DNA of 64,000 nt from Gammaproteobacteria bacterium. GTDB lineage: Bacteria > Pseudomonadota > Gammaproteobacteria > Natronospirales > DASSBR01. Positions 60,233 through 64,000 of the stretch are shown piece by piece (positions within the stretch are counted from its first letter, which is position 1; each line of letters starts with the position of its first letter). The position numbers were made by a program, and so were the translations under genes. The notes beneath the pieces are model-generated. The model made no database searches and was not told the origin of the DNA. It saw nothing but the letters and a program-made list of their open reading frames with translations. Location of the stretch: assembly GCA_035701285.1 (NCBI GenBank), contig DASSNT010000032.1:2284-66283 (forward strand). The letters run 5' to 3'.

Positions 60233-61516
60233 ATGATGAAAGACGACATCCACGGCAAGGGCGACGAAGACGGCAAGTTGCTGTACTGCTCGTTCTGCGG
60301 CAAAAGCCAGCACGAGGTGCGCAAGCTGATCGCCGGCCCGTCGGTGTTCGTATGCGACGAGTGCGTGGAGCTTTGCAACGACATCATCCGCGAGGAGATG
60401 GCCGAGCAGGCGGAGACGGCGCGCTCGAAGTTGCCCAAACCGAAGGAAATCAAGGAAGTTCTCGACGAATACGTCATCGGCCAGGAGAGCGCCAAGCGGG
60501 TGCTGTCGGTCGCGGTGTACAACCATTACAAGCGTCTGGAAGCGCGCAACGGCAAGGATGACGTCGAGCTGTCGAAGAGCAACATCCTGCTGATCGGCCC
60601 GACGGGCTCGGGCAAGACGCTGCTGGCAGAAACGCTGGCGCGCCTCTTGAACGTGCCGTTCACCATTGCCGACGCGACCACGCTGACCGAAGCGGGCTAC
60701 GTCGGCGAAGACGTGGAAAACATCATCCAGAAGCTGCTGCAGAAGTGCGACTACGATGTCGAGAAGGCGCAGACTGGCATCGTCTACCTGGATGAGATCG
60801 ACAAGATTTCACGCAAGTCCGACAACCCCTCCATCACGCGGGACGTGTCGGGCGAGGGCGTGCAGCAGGCGTTGCTGAAGCTGATCGAAGGCACAATCGC
60901 CTCGGTGCCGCCGCAGGGCGGGCGCAAGCATCCGCAGCAGGAATTTCTGCAGGTCGATACCAGCAATATCCTGTTCATCTGCGGCGGCGCGTTCGCTGGG
61001 CTGGACAAGATCATCCGCAACCGCTCGGAAACCAGCGGCATCGGCTTCGTTGCCGAGGTCAAGGGCAAGAGCGAAATCGACAACGTAGGCGACGTGCTGC
61101 GCGGCGTGGAACCGGAAGACCTGATCAAGTTCGGCCTGATTCCGGAATTCGTCGGGCGCCTGCCGGTGGTCGCGACGCTCGACGAGCTGGACGAATCGGC
61201 GCTGGTGCGCATTCTGGTCGAGCCGCGTAACGCGGTGACCAAGCAGTACCGCCGCATGTTCAACATGGAAAATTGCGAACTCGAATTTCGTGAGGATGCG
61301 CTGCGGGCCGCGGCGCGCAAGGCGATGGAACGCAAGACAGGCGCGCGTGGTTTGCGCACGATCCTGGAGCAGGTGCTGCTCGACACGATGTACGAATTGC
61401 CGTCGATGGAGAACGTTTCCAAGGTGGTGATCGACGAAGGCGTGGTCGAAGGCAGCAACGAACCCTACATCGTCTATGAGACGGAGACGCCGCAACTGGC
61501 CGCCTCCGACGATTGA
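60233..61516 (+). CDS. clpX: ATP-dependent Clp protease ATP-binding subunit ClpX
   Basis: 427 aa. Zn-binding domain (CSFCGK...CDEC) and Walker A (GPTGSGKT). Confidence 0.95.
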   Translation: MMKDDIHGKGDEDGKLLYCSFCGKSQHEVRKLIAGPSVFVCDECVELCNDIIREEMAEQAETARSKLPKPKEIKEVLDEYVIGQESAKRVLSVAVYNHYKRLEARNGKDDVELSKSNILLIGPTGSGKTLLAETLARLLNVPFTIADATTLTEAGYVGEDVENIIQKLLQKCDYDVEKAQTGIVYLDEIDKISRKSDNPSITRDVSGEGVQQALLKLIEGTIASVPPQGGRKHPQQEFLQVDTSNILFICGGAFAGLDKIIRNRSETSGIGFVAEVKGKSEIDNVGDVLRGVEPEDLIKFGLIPEFVGRLPVVATLDELDESALVRILVEPRNAVTKQYRRMFNMENCELEFREDALRAAARKAMERKTGARGLRTILEQVLLDTMYELPSMENVSKVVIDEGVVEGSNEPYIVYETETPQLAASDD

Positions 61517-61551
61517 GTGCCCGAAGCAGGACACAGAGAGGCCAAAGCCTA

Positions 61552-63966
<2,415 letters not shown>

Positions 63967-64000
63967 AAGCTAGCGACGACGGGCCTTTGCGGCAGTTGAC

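Overview
This is a high-GC (by eye mid-60s %) chromosomal core segment with Gammaproteobacteria-type synteny, resembling Xanthomonadales/Nevskiales. The gene order is: rpoE(3' end)-rseA-rseB-degP-grx-like-lepA-lepB-DUF4845-rnc-era-recO; an SRPBCC/ArsR pair; tRNA-Leu(CAG); rnr-rlmB; an ETHE1-like MBL hydrolase; an MFS transporter; a histidine-utilisation cluster (hutH, hutI, hutF, hutG, no hutU); fpr; nth with an rnfB-like ferredoxin; metG; apbC-dcd; purN-purM; hda; wrbA; valS-holC-pepA divergent from lptF-lptG; tRNA-Glu(CUC); pcnB-folK-dNK-panB-panC; maf; yceD-rpmF-plsX-fabH; tRNA-Leu(UAG); tig-clpP-clpX-lon. About 70 CDS and 3 tRNAs are supported. There are no rRNA genes, CRISPR arrays, transposases or recognisable defence genes. 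Five things deserve a second look. (1) A compact six-gene cassette (ACP, adenylate-forming ligase, KS, CLF-like, GT2, flavin-halogenase-like) follows fabH where fabD-fabG-acpP-fabF would normally sit. It looks like a minimal aryl-polyene/xanthomonadin-type type II PKS-like pathway with no dedicated KR, DH, thioesterase or export genes. (2) A 263-nt element with perfect 21-bp terminal inverted repeats lies exactly between a consensus -10 box and tRNA-Leu(UAG); it could be a structured ncRNA or a MITE. (3) tig is split at the PPIase/C-domain boundary by a 7-bp tandem duplication. (4) A 138-bp CCCCGAAT/CCCGAAT array gives a G3-4N4 G-quadruplex-type repeat on the other strand, and a degenerate copy of the motif forms the C-terminal tail of Hda. 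(5) A REP-like hairpin family has arm changes that preserve pairing, and several conserved genes (folK, lptF, pcnB) have no canonical start codon at the conserved N-terminus. All calls come from reading the ORF translations and the DNA by eye. No database search was run.
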